This document shows, piece after piece, positions 10,045 through 19,407 of a stretch of 64,000 nucleotides of DNA; position 1 is the first letter of the stretch, and each line of letters opens with the position of its first letter. Source of the stretch: an uncultured Ignavibacteria bacterium (GTDB taxonomy: Bacteria > Zixibacteria > MSB-5A5 > CAIYYT01); the NCBI GenBank assembly GCA_964370935.1, contig CAYJKI010000010.1, positions 4,420 through 68,419 of the forward strand, written 5' to 3'. The notes under the pieces are model-generated. The model did no database searches and was not told the origin of the DNA. It saw nothing but the letters and a program-made list of their open reading frames with translations. Position numbers and translations under genes: made by a program.

Positions 10045-10423
10045 TCAGACAGTCAGGTAGACGATAATAGTAAAAGCCAGCGCGACAGCAAACGACTTAG
10101 TAAAGATTCCCAAGGCTTTCTGACGTAATTCAGAAGCTTGATTTTCGTCGGTGATTTGTTCTTCGATCTTGTCCTGTTTGCGCCGACCACGCACCGCCAA
10201 GGCGACTCACGTCTTCTCTCGTGCTTGTAGTAGTCCAAGCACAGCGATCCATGCCGGAACCAATAATAAGAGGTACCAACTGCGCTCAACGGCTGCAGCC
10301 CGCAGCCCGCAGAGCGACGAATATCAATACCGTCAATGCGAATGCAGTGACCGAAATGCGCTCGCGTTTGCGGCATTCAGCTACGCCGATATTAGTTACC
10401 GTTTGCCCGGCATTTCTGCTCAC
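10045..10423 (-). pseudogene. Small membrane protein (~123 aa after correction) with in-frame TGA (candidate selenocysteine) and a frameshifting 7-bp tandem duplication
   Basis: Manual translation from GTG 10423: SRNAGQTVTNIGVAECRKRERISVTAFALTVLIFVALR / [remove one CTGCGGG] / AAAVERSWYLLLLVPAWIAVLGLLQAREKT-TGA(10209-10207)-VALAVRGRRKQDKIEEQITDENQASELRQKALGIFTKSFAVALAFTIIVYLTV-stop; 379-7=372 nt restores the frame. Confidence 0.7.
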
Positions 10424-10491
10424 AATATAAGATACTCAACAGACATCGTAACAAGATTGCAGCGTTGATCGTTGCACGCAACCAAAACTAA

Positions 10492-10519
10492 AAAGGCGGC
10501 CCGGGATCGGGTCGCCTTT
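10492..10519 (-). terminator. Intrinsic terminator downstream of gdhA
   Basis: Minus strand AAAGGCGACCCG-ATCC-CGGGCCGCCTTT followed by TTAGTTTT. Confidence 0.75.
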
Positions 10520-10559
10520 GCAAGTAAGAACATGGATACCCTGTCGGTACCCGAAGAGA

Positions 10560-11918
10560 CTAAACTACACCTTGGTCGAGCATAGCATCGGCGACTTTTA
10601 CAAATCCGCCGATATTTGCACCATTGACGTAGTTAATATAATTGCCTTCGCGGCCGTAAGTCACGCAAGTCGTGTGGATTGCTTTCATGATGCCATGCAA
10701 TCTCTTGTCGACCTCTTCGCGCGACCAGGAAAGTCGGAGACTGTTCTGCGACATTTCCAATCCAGAGGTGGCAACACCACCGGCGTTTGCAGCCTTTCCG
10801 GGACCATAGAGAATCTTGTTGTCGATGAAGTGCTTAATGGCCTCGGGCGAGGATGGCATATTCGCGCCTTCGCTGACAACGTAGATACCATTGTTGATGA
10901 GGTTTTGGGCGTCTTTGCCGCTGATCTCATTCTGTGTTGCGGATGGGAAGGCACACTGGGCTTTGTGATTCCAGAGCGGATTGTGATCGCTTCCCGACTG
11001 GAGCGGCGAATAGACGGCGGTCTTGTATTTGTCCGCATACTCTTTGATGCGGCCGCGGCGATTGTTCTTGAGATCAAGCACGAATGCGAGTTTGTCGCGG
11101 TCAATTCCGGCCTCGTCATAGATGTAACCGGAAGAATCCGAGAGGGTCATCGGTTTGGCGCCGAGGTCAAGAAGTTTCTCGATCGTGTATTGCGCGACAT
11201 TGCCCGAGCCTGACACGAGACAACTCTTCCCTTGCAGCGATTCATTCCGAGTACCCAACATTTCGGCGGCGAAGTATACCGCTCCGTAACCAGTGGCTTC
11301 GGGCCGGATGAGACTGCCGCCCCAACCCAATCCCTTGCCGGTGAGGACACCGGTGAACTCATTACGGAGTTTCTTGTATTGGCCGAACAAGAAACCGATT
11401 TCGCGACCGCCCACGCCGATATCGCCTGCAGGTACGTCCGTGTCGGGCCCGATATGACGGCAGAGTTCGCTCATGAAGGCTTGGCAGAAGCGCATTACTT
11501 CCATATCCGATTTGCCTTTGGGGTCAAAGTCGGATCCGCCCTTGCCACCACCCATCGGCAGAGTAGTCAGACTGTTCTTAAATACTTGTTCGAAGGCGAG
11601 AAATTTCAGAATGCCAAGATTAACGGTAGGATGGAAACGCAGGCCGCCTTTATATGGCCCGATGGCAGAATTCATTTCAATCCGAAAGCCGCGGTTGACT
11701 CTGATTTCGCCGGAATCATCGACCCAGGGGACGCGGAACATCAGGACGCGCTCCGGTTCGACGACGCGCTCAAGGATTTTCGCTTCGCGATAAACCGGGT
11801 GCCGATCGAGGAACGGCATTAACGACTCCACGACTTCTTGTACCGCTTGGTGGAACTCTTTCTCGCCAGAATTCTTGGCTTTGACCTGCTCCATAAAGGC
11901 AGCAACGTTGCTCGACAT
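10560..11918 (-). CDS. gdhA: NADP-specific-type glutamate dehydrogenase (start placed at ATG 11918)
   Basis: EKEFHQAVQEV, GPYKGGLRFHP, FLAFEQVFKNSLT, PMGGGKGGSDFDPKGKS, GSGNVAQY; AAGGAGA RBS before MSSNVAAF. Confidence 0.95.
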   Translation of the reverse strand: MSSNVAAFMEQVKAKNSGEKEFHQAVQEVVESLMPFLDRHPVYREAKILERVVEPERVLMFRVPWVDDSGEIRVNRGFRIEMNSAIGPYKGGLRFHPTVNLGILKFLAFEQVFKNSLTTLPMGGGKGGSDFDPKGKSDMEVMRFCQAFMSELCRHIGPDTDVPAGDIGVGGREIGFLFGQYKKLRNEFTGVLTGKGLGWGGSLIRPEATGYGAVYFAAEMLGTRNESLQGKSCLVSGSGNVAQYTIEKLLDLGAKPMTLSDSSGYIYDEAGIDRDKLAFVLDLKNNRRGRIKEYADKYKTAVYSPLQSGSDHNPLWNHKAQCAFPSATQNEISGKDAQNLINNGIYVVSEGANMPSSPEAIKHFIDNKILYGPGKAANAGGVATSGLEMSQNSLRLSWSREEVDKRLHGIMKAIHTTCVTYGREGNYINYVNGANIGGFVKVADAMLDQGVV

Positions 11919-12014
11919 CGAGGTCTCCTTCGTTGGAATGTTTTTGTCGCGACACAAAAATAGAACAAACACTCTATATTTGTGTCGAAAATCTACCGAG
12001 GTGTCGATCAAAGC

Positions 12015-12032
12015 TTGTTATTGATTTCACAA
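12015..12032. promoter_or_regulatory. Rex-like operator between divergent gdhA and metallophosphoesterase
   Basis: TTGTTAT-TGAT-TTCACAA versus Rex consensus TTGTGAA-N4-TTCACAA (2 mismatches). Confidence 0.5.
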
Positions 12033-12169
12033 ACAAGTAACTCGTAATCGCAAGGATGGTCAAGACTAATGCCTTTCGATTTTCCTGAAAAGCTGCTTCG
12101 GTTTTCCTTAGAAGGATTTCTACATTGTTGCATCGCGCTTGCTGCGATTGAGAGTATATTACGAATCGT

Positions 12170-13057
12170 ATGCAATTGAAGAGCTCCGAGTGCATGTTCG
12201 TGTCTGACCTGCATGGCAGCGTTGACAAATATCATCGACTTTTTGCTGCAATCGAACGCGAAAAGCCAATGGCAGTCTTTGTCGGGGGTGATGTACTTCC
12301 GTCGGGAATTGGCACGCTGGTTTCGAAGCAGCCGGGAAGTCGGGACTTTTTGACACAGTTTGTTGCGCCGCGGCTGGAGCAAGTGCGCAAGAACCTCGGC
12401 GAAGATTATCCGGAGATATTTGTCATTTTGGGAAACGATGACGGCGCTTCATTGGAGCAAGTCATGCATGATCTCGACCATTTGGGATTGTGGCATTATA
12501 TGCACAACCGGATGGTTGAATTCGCAGGATACAAGATATTTGGTTATTCATTTGTCCCGCCAACGCCGTTCATGCTTAAAGATTGGGAGCGATATGATGT
12601 ATCGCGGTTTCTCGAAGCAGGCTGCATTGCTCCCGAAGAAGGTATTCACTCGTCTTCCTTCACGGTTGAAGAAGTTCTGTACGCGACGATTGAAAAGGAT
12701 CTCAAGAGCCTAAGCAATGGAATGGATATGACCCAATCGATATTTCTCTTTCACACTCCGCCATATCAGACGAAGCTTGACCGTGCCGCTTTGGATGGCA
12801 AATGCATAGACGGCGTCAGTCTCGACTTATTTGTTGGCTCGATAGCGGTAAGGCGGTTCATAGAGCGTCGGCAGCCATTTTTGACACTGCATGGACATGT
12901 TCACGAGTCAGCCCGACTAACCGGGTCATGGCAGGACGAAATCGGCCGCACGCGAATGTTTTCAGCAGCTCATGACGGTCCTGAATTGGCGGTGGTTTAT
13001 TTTGATCCGGGCAGGATCGACTTGGTCCGCCGCGAGCTTATGGGCGAAGTTAGATGA
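12170..13057 (+). CDS. Metallophosphoesterase (calcineurin-like)
   Basis: SDLHG, GGDVLP, LGNDD, FHTPP, LHGHVHE motifs. Confidence 0.88.
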   Translation: MQLKSSECMFVSDLHGSVDKYHRLFAAIEREKPMAVFVGGDVLPSGIGTLVSKQPGSRDFLTQFVAPRLEQVRKNLGEDYPEIFVILGNDDGASLEQVMHDLDHLGLWHYMHNRMVEFAGYKIFGYSFVPPTPFMLKDWERYDVSRFLEAGCIAPEEGIHSSSFTVEEVLYATIEKDLKSLSNGMDMTQSIFLFHTPPYQTKLDRAALDGKCIDGVSLDLFVGSIAVRRFIERRQPFLTLHGHVHESARLTGSWQDEIGRTRMFSAAHDGPELAVVYFDPGRIDLVRRELMGEVR

Positions 13058-13069
13058 GAGTATCCGATG

Positions 13070-16000
13070 CTATTTAGCAATTCTCCCCATCGGCAGGGGG
13101 CGAGCGGCATCGGTGACTGCACTTATCTTGAGTGCGTAGCTGTCCTGGTTAGCGATGTCCTGGTCGGTAACGATGTGGATATCGAGCATTCGTTCACTCT
13201 TCATACCGGTCCGTTCATAATTAATCTCCGACAAACAGAGGCTCCAACCGTCCAGCCAACTTTCTAATTCCCGCCTCTGTTCAGGCGTTCCGGCAAAGTG
13301 AATAAGCAGATCGATGTCGCTTCCCGGCCCGGCAGTAGCGTTCTTGGTTGAACCGAAGACATAGAAACCCTTGACGCCGAATTTTACCGGATTGAGCATC
13401 GCCGCAATCTGTTCGGCGATATTGAAGCGCCAGCGCCAGTAGTGTTCACCCGATGATCCGGTCAAGAGGGGCTCTTCCCACTGACCTTGGACCACAGAAC
13501 GCGGGGCAGCGAGTATGGCCATTGCCTGATCCAGATCGGAGTTCATCAGTACGTGGACAACCTGTCCGGAAGCAGTTTGCGGCACGTCGATCAGCCGCAC
13601 CACACCGGCGAGCTGTTCGAATTCAGGCAGAACCTCCAGCAGGATATTTCGGGACTGTTGCAGGAAAGTTTCATTGAGAATATTTGCACCGTCATCGGGA
13701 TATAACGGCAGATAACGAATCTTCGCTTCCACAAGGTCCTGGAAGAAGTGAGTTCCAAAGGACAGGTCGGGAACATAGTGTCCACTTTGACGGGCAATCT
13801 CGATCAGCATTGCGGTATTATTAATATCCGAATAAGTAACGCTGACGCCAAGTTTGATATCTCCGCGACTACCCCATCGGCCGGGTCCCATGAGAACGAA
13901 CTGTCGTTTTGGCAGAATTTGATTCAGTCGACTGATACAGCGACCCACCGACAATAGTTGTTGCCGATCCTTAATTGCGCCATACTTTTGCGGGTCAACG
14001 TACACCAAATGCGTGATGTCAGGCACTCTTCCGTTGGTGACATAGCGATTAGCCGTGAAGATGATCTTCTCCGGTGAAACATCTTTTGGGATCGACGCGG
14101 GAGCGCTGTCGTCGGAGTGGCTTTGCGGACGACATTGGAGCAGGTAAAAGTCGGTACCGTCGTGAGCAAATTCAAGATCCACCGGCGTACCGAGCTTTTC
14201 TTCCAGAGTTTTGAGTATTGATCGAACCTGCGCAATGAAATCCGTCTTGGTTAACAACCCTTCAAATGTGACGACTAAGCGTTCACTCTTGAAGTCGATA
14301 TGGCCGAGCGGACGTTGAATGTGATCGCCTTTATCGATCGACACGATCTGGTCGATCAACGGGATTTCATCGCCGAATTCATGCAGAAGTTCATCAATAT
14401 GATGTGTTTCAAAAGTGTTGGTTTCTAGATTTATGACATCAATCATCTTCGGCGAATAGCGCACCATTTCATCGACTGTGACATTAACCCGCAGCCCCGG
14501 CTGTCCAGGTGAAATCAAGATGGGATAGTCGTCGCTGGTGCGGTCAACGGCGCGGGTACCTAGTCCGGGCACGATTCGGATCAGACCATCATCGCGGTGA
14601 ATGCGCGGCGACCAGCGCAATTCATTGTGACTAAACGCCACTCCGGCAAAGGTGGGGAGGAAGTATTTGCCGGCCTTGGTTCCGATCACTTGTTGGATGA
14701 TGATGCCCATCTCTTCATGGAAGTCGAGCAGGCCGCGCTCGGCGCGGTACTCGATCGGGTCAGGTCCAAAGATAGAGGCATACACTTCAGCAATCGCATC
14801 CAACAGAGCTTCGAGGCGTTCTTCCTTTGTCCCTTGATTGGCCAGAAAGAGACTTTTGTATTTTCCCGAAAATGACGCGGCGGCGCGATCTTCGAGAAGG
14901 CTTGAACTGCGAACGATCAGGGGGTGATCGCTGAAGTCATCCAGCACGACGGAGAGGGCTTTCACAATTTCCGTTGGAAATACAGCATTCTTGAAAGTCT
15001 GAACGACGTTGGGATATTCCAGGCGGATCTGTTCGACATCCTTGTACTTTTGCTCGATTACTTCATCGAAATTGTTGTAGCTCATGAAGTGCAAGACAAC
15101 ATCGGAGCTGATGTACCAGGCTTTCGGTGTCTTGATATGTGCGAGCAATGGGTCGCTCTCAACAGATTTCTTTAAGATTTGTCCGGCGAGGAAAATACCT
15201 GCGGCTTTTCCACCCAACTTTCCGTGAGAGCCCGGAAGATAGATCACATTTTGCAGCAACTCGAAGATGTCGTAGACATCAGTGTAGTTTTTCGCAATGT
15301 TGATATACTGCAGATCTTCGGAAAAGATGCGCCGGATGAGCGATACCAGGAGTCCGCGCTTGGTGTTAATCGGAATATCGATTCCTTCCGGCGCCATACG
15401 ATGAAAACGGCGGATGGCTTCGTTCAGTTCCGAAAGCGGCGTATTGATATTCGCCAGAGTCTTGATCAGAAAGCTTAGTTTGTCCTGCTGGATCCATCTC
15501 TGAATGAAGGAAAGGATCTCGGCGGGCGTCAGATTATCGGAGGCAATCTTGAAAGTTTCGTCGCTGATAAAATCATTGCCCTGAAGCGCAACGCGTTTGC
15601 GATGCGGGACATTGGAGTCCGACAAGAGTGAAGCTGCTTCGGACGACTGTTCAGGGTCATAGTATTGCGTCAGGACTTTAGCCTCTTCGACGCCGCTCCA
15701 ACAAAGGTAGTTCAACATCTTGCTCGAAATCGTCAGAAAAAGATTGCGATCGGTTCGCCTAAGCAAATCAAGCACGACGCGCCATTCGGGCCGGGCATGC
15801 TCAACCAGTTCTTTTTCCGCGGTATTATACTGATTGTAGACCGATCGCATTTTCTGGAAGGCAATGTGGCTTGCCAGTCGTTCCGCGATGGTGGTGAGGA
15901 GTTTGCGTTCTTCCTTGAGGAATGGTCCGTCGTCTTCAGTCGGCATTTGTTGGGTATAATAGACGCTTAGTGTGCCGAGGACTTGATCAAAGACCTTTAA

Positions 16001-16258
16001 CGGCGCCGTCATAACCCACGGAGACTCTCGAAGACCGGAAGTTGTGTAGGTGGCGTCCTCAAGGACAATGCGCGCCTGACAGCACTCGGGGTGTTGCCAG
16101 CCCGCCGGGATCGCCTCGATAATTGCCATGCAAACCTGTTCGAGAGAGGCATCCGACTTGTTGAGCCATTCTTCAATCCGATAGAGGCAGTTGAGTTCTT
16201 TGGCACGCTCGCGCAGAAACCAGAGCAGTTTGTCGGTCGGCGGTGTGTGATCGCTCAT
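13070..16258 (-). CDS. PEP-synthase/PPDK nucleotide-binding (ATP-grasp) domain protein with N-terminal GAF-like segment and C-terminal nucleotidyltransferase domain
   Basis: KLGGKAAGI, VRSSSLLED, FSGKYKS, VPGLGTRAV, DLEFA, LLQCRP, FGTHFFQDLV; C-terminal VFGSTKNATAGPGSDIDL (GS...DxD); N-terminal LRERAKELNCLY. Confidence 0.82.
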   Translation of the reverse strand: MSDHTPPTDKLLWFLRERAKELNCLYRIEEWLNKSDASLEQVCMAIIEAIPAGWQHPECCQARIVLEDATYTTSGLRESPWVMTAPLKVFDQVLGTLSVYYTQQMPTEDDGPFLKEERKLLTTIAERLASHIAFQKMRSVYNQYNTAEKELVEHARPEWRVVLDLLRRTDRNLFLTISSKMLNYLCWSGVEEAKVLTQYYDPEQSSEAASLLSDSNVPHRKRVALQGNDFISDETFKIASDNLTPAEILSFIQRWIQQDKLSFLIKTLANINTPLSELNEAIRRFHRMAPEGIDIPINTKRGLLVSLIRRIFSEDLQYINIAKNYTDVYDIFELLQNVIYLPGSHGKLGGKAAGIFLAGQILKKSVESDPLLAHIKTPKAWYISSDVVLHFMSYNNFDEVIEQKYKDVEQIRLEYPNVVQTFKNAVFPTEIVKALSVVLDDFSDHPLIVRSSSLLEDRAAASFSGKYKSLFLANQGTKEERLEALLDAIAEVYASIFGPDPIEYRAERGLLDFHEEMGIIIQQVIGTKAGKYFLPTFAGVAFSHNELRWSPRIHRDDGLIRIVPGLGTRAVDRTSDDYPILISPGQPGLRVNVTVDEMVRYSPKMIDVINLETNTFETHHIDELLHEFGDEIPLIDQIVSIDKGDHIQRPLGHIDFKSERLVVTFEGLLTKTDFIAQVRSILKTLEEKLGTPVDLEFAHDGTDFYLLQCRPQSHSDDSAPASIPKDVSPEKIIFTANRYVTNGRVPDITHLVYVDPQKYGAIKDRQQLLSVGRCISRLNQILPKRQFVLMGPGRWGSRGDIKLGVSVTYSDINNTAMLIEIARQSGHYVPDLSFGTHFFQDLVEAKIRYLPLYPDDGANILNETFLQQSRNILLEVLPEFEQLAGVVRLIDVPQTASGQVVHVLMNSDLDQAMAILAAPRSVVQGQWEEPLLTGSSGEHYWRWRFNIAEQIAAMLNPVKFGVKGFYVFGSTKNATAGPGSDIDLLIHFAGTPEQRRELESWLDGWSLCLSEINYERTGMKSERMLDIHIVTDQDIANQDSYALKISAVTDAARPLPMGRIAK

Positions 16259-17991
16259 GCCTTGATCAATCCTCGCCCATTGCGGCCATCGATTTTGATG
16301 CGCAATGGCATACTAAGTTTGACATAACGTACAAATTCGGTTTCGCTGACGGTTGTCTGGCGATTAAGCCAGTCCCAATCTATACTAAACCGACTGCTAT
16401 GTGGTATCGAAAAATACCCAACCTGCGAACTTATCACATTGTGGAAGAAATGTGATCCCTGGGAGAGTTCGACGTCCATTCCCGGCAGCGAAGTTTCGAT
16501 GATGACCTTTGCTCCTGAAACCTGCCACCAACTGACGGGAATCCCGGCAGGAGGATCGGTCGTTCCCAGCCGGCCAAAAGTTATCATGAGATACGGGTGT
16601 CCCATAGCGACAAGTTTGTGATTCAGTTCCTCCAGTTCGGCGGCGATCCTCCATGACTCTTTGTCGGTAAATGACAGCGGTTTTTGAAAGACAACATCGC
16701 GAATCGTGTCGATTGCGCCGTTGCCGAGTACCCTTTCCGATGCGGCGATATTGTCAGTTTCAAGCAGCTCATCAACGGAGACATCAACGCGAGAGTGGGA
16801 AACGAACATGGGGCGTATCTGAAGAATCCAGAACTTGGCCTGCGGATCGCCTTCGGTATTGATGGTTACGGCAAACTCCATTTCGATTTCGTGGCCCTCG
16901 GCCGCCTCGGATAATTTGAGCAGATAACGAATCGCATCGTTGAGGCCAAGCTGATTTGACTTGAGCATTGGCGCGAAGTTCACCAACCGGGGACCATTGG
17001 CGTTGATGCCGGTAACGACGCGGTCATTGTCGGAAATGTATGTGGAAGCAACAAATTGAAGAGAACCATCCTGCTCGGCAGCTTCAAGAGGACACTGAAT
17101 CAGGTACTCGGTTTCGTTTAACGGATCATAGGGGACATGACCAAGATTCACGGCCCAAAACGAGGTCTGTGTATCAGACAACATGGCTTTAGTCGATTTG
17201 TAAGGAGGATTCGCCAGAGGAAATGTCGGGGAATACGTCCAACACTTGCCGCCTTCAACGACAGTCTTCCCTAATCCAAGTGCGAGGCTGACAATTCCGT
17301 CTTCCGGCTTGGCGTTTCCGGAACGGTAGAAGTTGTAAGAGCGCACGACACCGGATATGACAGGGTAAAAGCGATAATTCCTGCCGAAGCCAACGACCTT
17401 TTGGATGATGACGGCCATCTTCTCCTGATCGGGCGATTGGTGCGTCGTTCTAATATAATTCCGCGCGTCGCGGAAGAAGGTTGAAGCATAGACGTATTTG
17501 ATGGCTTCGGTCAAAGCGCGGAAACGGTAGTCGGGATCCTCACTGTGATGCGGAATCATTTTCGTGGCGTAGACGCCGGCAAACGGCTCGCGCAAGGCAT
17601 CTTCGAACAGGCTCGAAGAGCGAATGGCCAGAGGGTTGCGAACTTTGTTCGAGAGGGCGCGAAGATCGCCGACAACTTTGGCGGGTAGGCTGGCCTCAAG
17701 AAAGTAGTGGGCGATTTGGTCATCGCGCAAACTTTCATCATGAACAACATCATAAAGGCGATTTTCAGCCATGAACTCATCAAAGAGTTCGGTCGCCAGT
17801 ACGGTCATTGTCGGCATGTTGACGCTTAACGAGGGCAGCAGCGATTGGTCAATCTTGGGAATGACCAAGTCTTTCACAAGCGCAAGACCTTGAGCTTTGC
17901 CACCGATAGAGCCAGACCCGATGAAGGAAATGGTGCCGGTAGATTCGAAAGTCTGTCGATCGAAAGGAGTTAGTTTGTGCTGTTGCATCAA
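16255..17991 (-). CDS. PEP-synthase/PPDK nucleotide-binding domain protein (second paralogue)
   Basis: SIGGKAQGL, IRSSSLFED, FAGVYATK, LGLGKTVVEG, EMEFA, ILQIRP, QGSHFFHN; stop overlaps next start (ATGA). Confidence 0.82.
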   Translation of the reverse strand: MMQQHKLTPFDRQTFESTGTISFIGSGSIGGKAQGLALVKDLVIPKIDQSLLPSLSVNMPTMTVLATELFDEFMAENRLYDVVHDESLRDDQIAHYFLEASLPAKVVGDLRALSNKVRNPLAIRSSSLFEDALREPFAGVYATKMIPHHSEDPDYRFRALTEAIKYVYASTFFRDARNYIRTTHQSPDQEKMAVIIQKVVGFGRNYRFYPVISGVVRSYNFYRSGNAKPEDGIVSLALGLGKTVVEGGKCWTYSPTFPLANPPYKSTKAMLSDTQTSFWAVNLGHVPYDPLNETEYLIQCPLEAAEQDGSLQFVASTYISDNDRVVTGINANGPRLVNFAPMLKSNQLGLNDAIRYLLKLSEAAEGHEIEMEFAVTINTEGDPQAKFWILQIRPMFVSHSRVDVSVDELLETDNIAASERVLGNGAIDTIRDVVFQKPLSFTDKESWRIAAELEELNHKLVAMGHPYLMITFGRLGTTDPPAGIPVSWWQVSGAKVIIETSLPGMDVELSQGSHFFHNVISSQVGYFSIPHSSRFSIDWDWLNRQTTVSETEFVRYVKLSMPLRIKIDGRNGRGLIKA

Positions 17992-18050
17992 AACCTCTTG
18001 TAGCGCGTCGGGCTTAATCCAAAGAGGTGCGAATTGACTCGCTCGCCAAC

Positions 18051-18104
18051 AAAAACAATCGGGTTCCGCGCAAAGACTGATTGTCCGGCGCGAAACCCGA
18101 ATTG
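18051..18104 (-). terminator. Hairpin plus T-tract between the Glu/Leu/Phe/Val dehydrogenase and the PPDK-like genes
   Basis: Imperfect inverted repeat CAATCGGGTTCCGCGC...GCGCGAAACCCGAATTG; minus strand ends GATTGTTTTT. Confidence 0.55.
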
Positions 18105-18120
18105 CTATCTGACTATAGAA

Positions 18121-19407
18121 TTAGACCCAGCCGCGATCGCGACAGGCCTGTGCCACGCGGCTGACGGCGATCATATACGCCGCATCCCGCATGTACAGTT
18201 TCTTCTTTTTAGCAAGATCGCTGACATCGGAGAATGCCGACGTCATCTTTATATCGAGCTTTCCAAGAACTTCATCTTTTTCCCAGAAGTAGTTCATGTT
18301 GCTCTGAACCTGTTCGAAGTAGCTGCAAGTCACTCCGCCGGCGTTGGCAAGGAAATCAGGGATCATGAAGATTCCGCGATCTTCAAAAACCTTGTCAGCT
18401 TCCGGAGTAGTCGGTCCGTTGGCGCCTTCGGCGACAATGCGAACCTTCTTGGAGATCTTCTGCACTGTTTCAGCAGTTACCTGGTTTTCGATCGCTGCCG
18501 GAACCAGGATATCGACATCCTGCTCAATCCAGGCACCGCCCGGAAGGATTTCGTAGCCGAGGTCTTTGGCTTTCGTCTTGTCGATGCCGCCGAAGCGATC
18601 GACGATGCCCATGAGTTCGTCGAAGCTGATACCCGACATCTTGCGATAGGTGTAAGAGACCTGGTCCTTTTGGTCCCAGCAGGAAACGCAGATCGCGTGG
18701 CCACCCATGCGTTGGTACAGTTGGAGTGCGTATTGCGATACGTTTCCGAATCCCTGAAACGCCGCGGTGGTGTTTTCGGGCTTGATATTCATGAGCTTGA
18801 GGGCTTCGCGAACGGTGTACATTACGCCATAACCGGTGGCTTCAGTGCGGCCCAGTGAACCGCCCATGCCGACCGGTTTGCCGGTGATCAGTCCCGGGCT
18901 CTTTTCGCCGACGATAGCTTCGTATTCATCGAGCATCCAAAGCATATGCTGGGCATTGGTCATAACATCGGGAGCGGGGACGTCGGCCAATGGACCGACA
19001 TTGCGCCAGAGCTGGCGGATCCAACCGCGGCAGATTTGCTGCTGTTCGTGCTGGCTAAGATTGTGCGGATCGCAAATGACGCCGCCCTTGCCGCCACCGA
19101 GCGGAATATTGACGACGGAGCATTTCCAAGTCATCCACATTGAAAGCGCACGAACCGTGTCCACGGTTTCTTGCGGGTGGAATCGAATACCGCCTTTGCT
19201 CGGGCCTCTGGCGTCATTGTGCTGGACCCGGAATCCGCGAAATATCTTTGTCTTGCCGTCGTCCATGCGGACGGGGATGCTGAATTGATATTCGCGCAAC
19301 GGCCAGCGCAGTAGTTCGCGAGTGCCGCTGTCGAGATTCAGGAACTCCGCAGCTTTGTCAAACTGCTGCTGCGCCATCGCAAAGGGGTTAAACGAATCGC
19401 TCTTCAT
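18121..19407 (-). CDS. Glu/Leu/Phe/Val dehydrogenase, probable catabolic NAD(P) glutamate dehydrogenase
   Basis: VQHNDARGPSKGGIRFHP, MTWKC, GGGKGG, DVPAPD, ITGKP, ATGYGV, QGFGNV, EGANGP, ANAGGVTCSYFE. Confidence 0.93.
   Translation of the reverse strand: MKSDSFNPFAMAQQQFDKAAEFLNLDSGTRELLRWPLREYQFSIPVRMDDGKTKIFRGFRVQHNDARGPSKGGIRFHPQETVDTVRALSMWMTWKCSVVNIPLGGGKGGVICDPHNLSQHEQQQICRGWIRQLWRNVGPLADVPAPDVMTNAQHMLWMLDEYEAIVGEKSPGLITGKPVGMGGSLGRTEATGYGVMYTVREALKLMNIKPENTTAAFQGFGNVSQYALQLYQRMGGHAICVSCWDQKDQVSYTYRKMSGISFDELMGIVDRFGGIDKTKAKDLGYEILPGGAWIEQDVDILVPAAIENQVTAETVQKISKKVRIVAEGANGPTTPEADKVFEDRGIFMIPDFLANAGGVTCSYFEQVQSNMNYFWEKDEVLGKLDIKMTSAFSDVSDLAKKKKLYMRDAAYMIAVSRVAQACRDRGWV

Noticed and set aside
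10207-10209. TGA read as Trp or Gly (alternative genetic code)
   Set aside because: Many well-conserved genes here end at TGA in the expected place (hemA, hemC, hemH), so the standard code applies
10053-10468. ORF-track calls 10053..10376 (-), 10151..10468 (+) and 10221..10430 (+)
   Set aside because: Out-of-frame or antisense shadows of the frameshifted TGA-containing membrane gene; they lack RBS and protein-like composition
13070-17991. Calling these genes ppsA/ppdK
   Set aside because: Only the nucleotide-binding module and a divergent His motif are visible; there is no pyruvate-binding barrel
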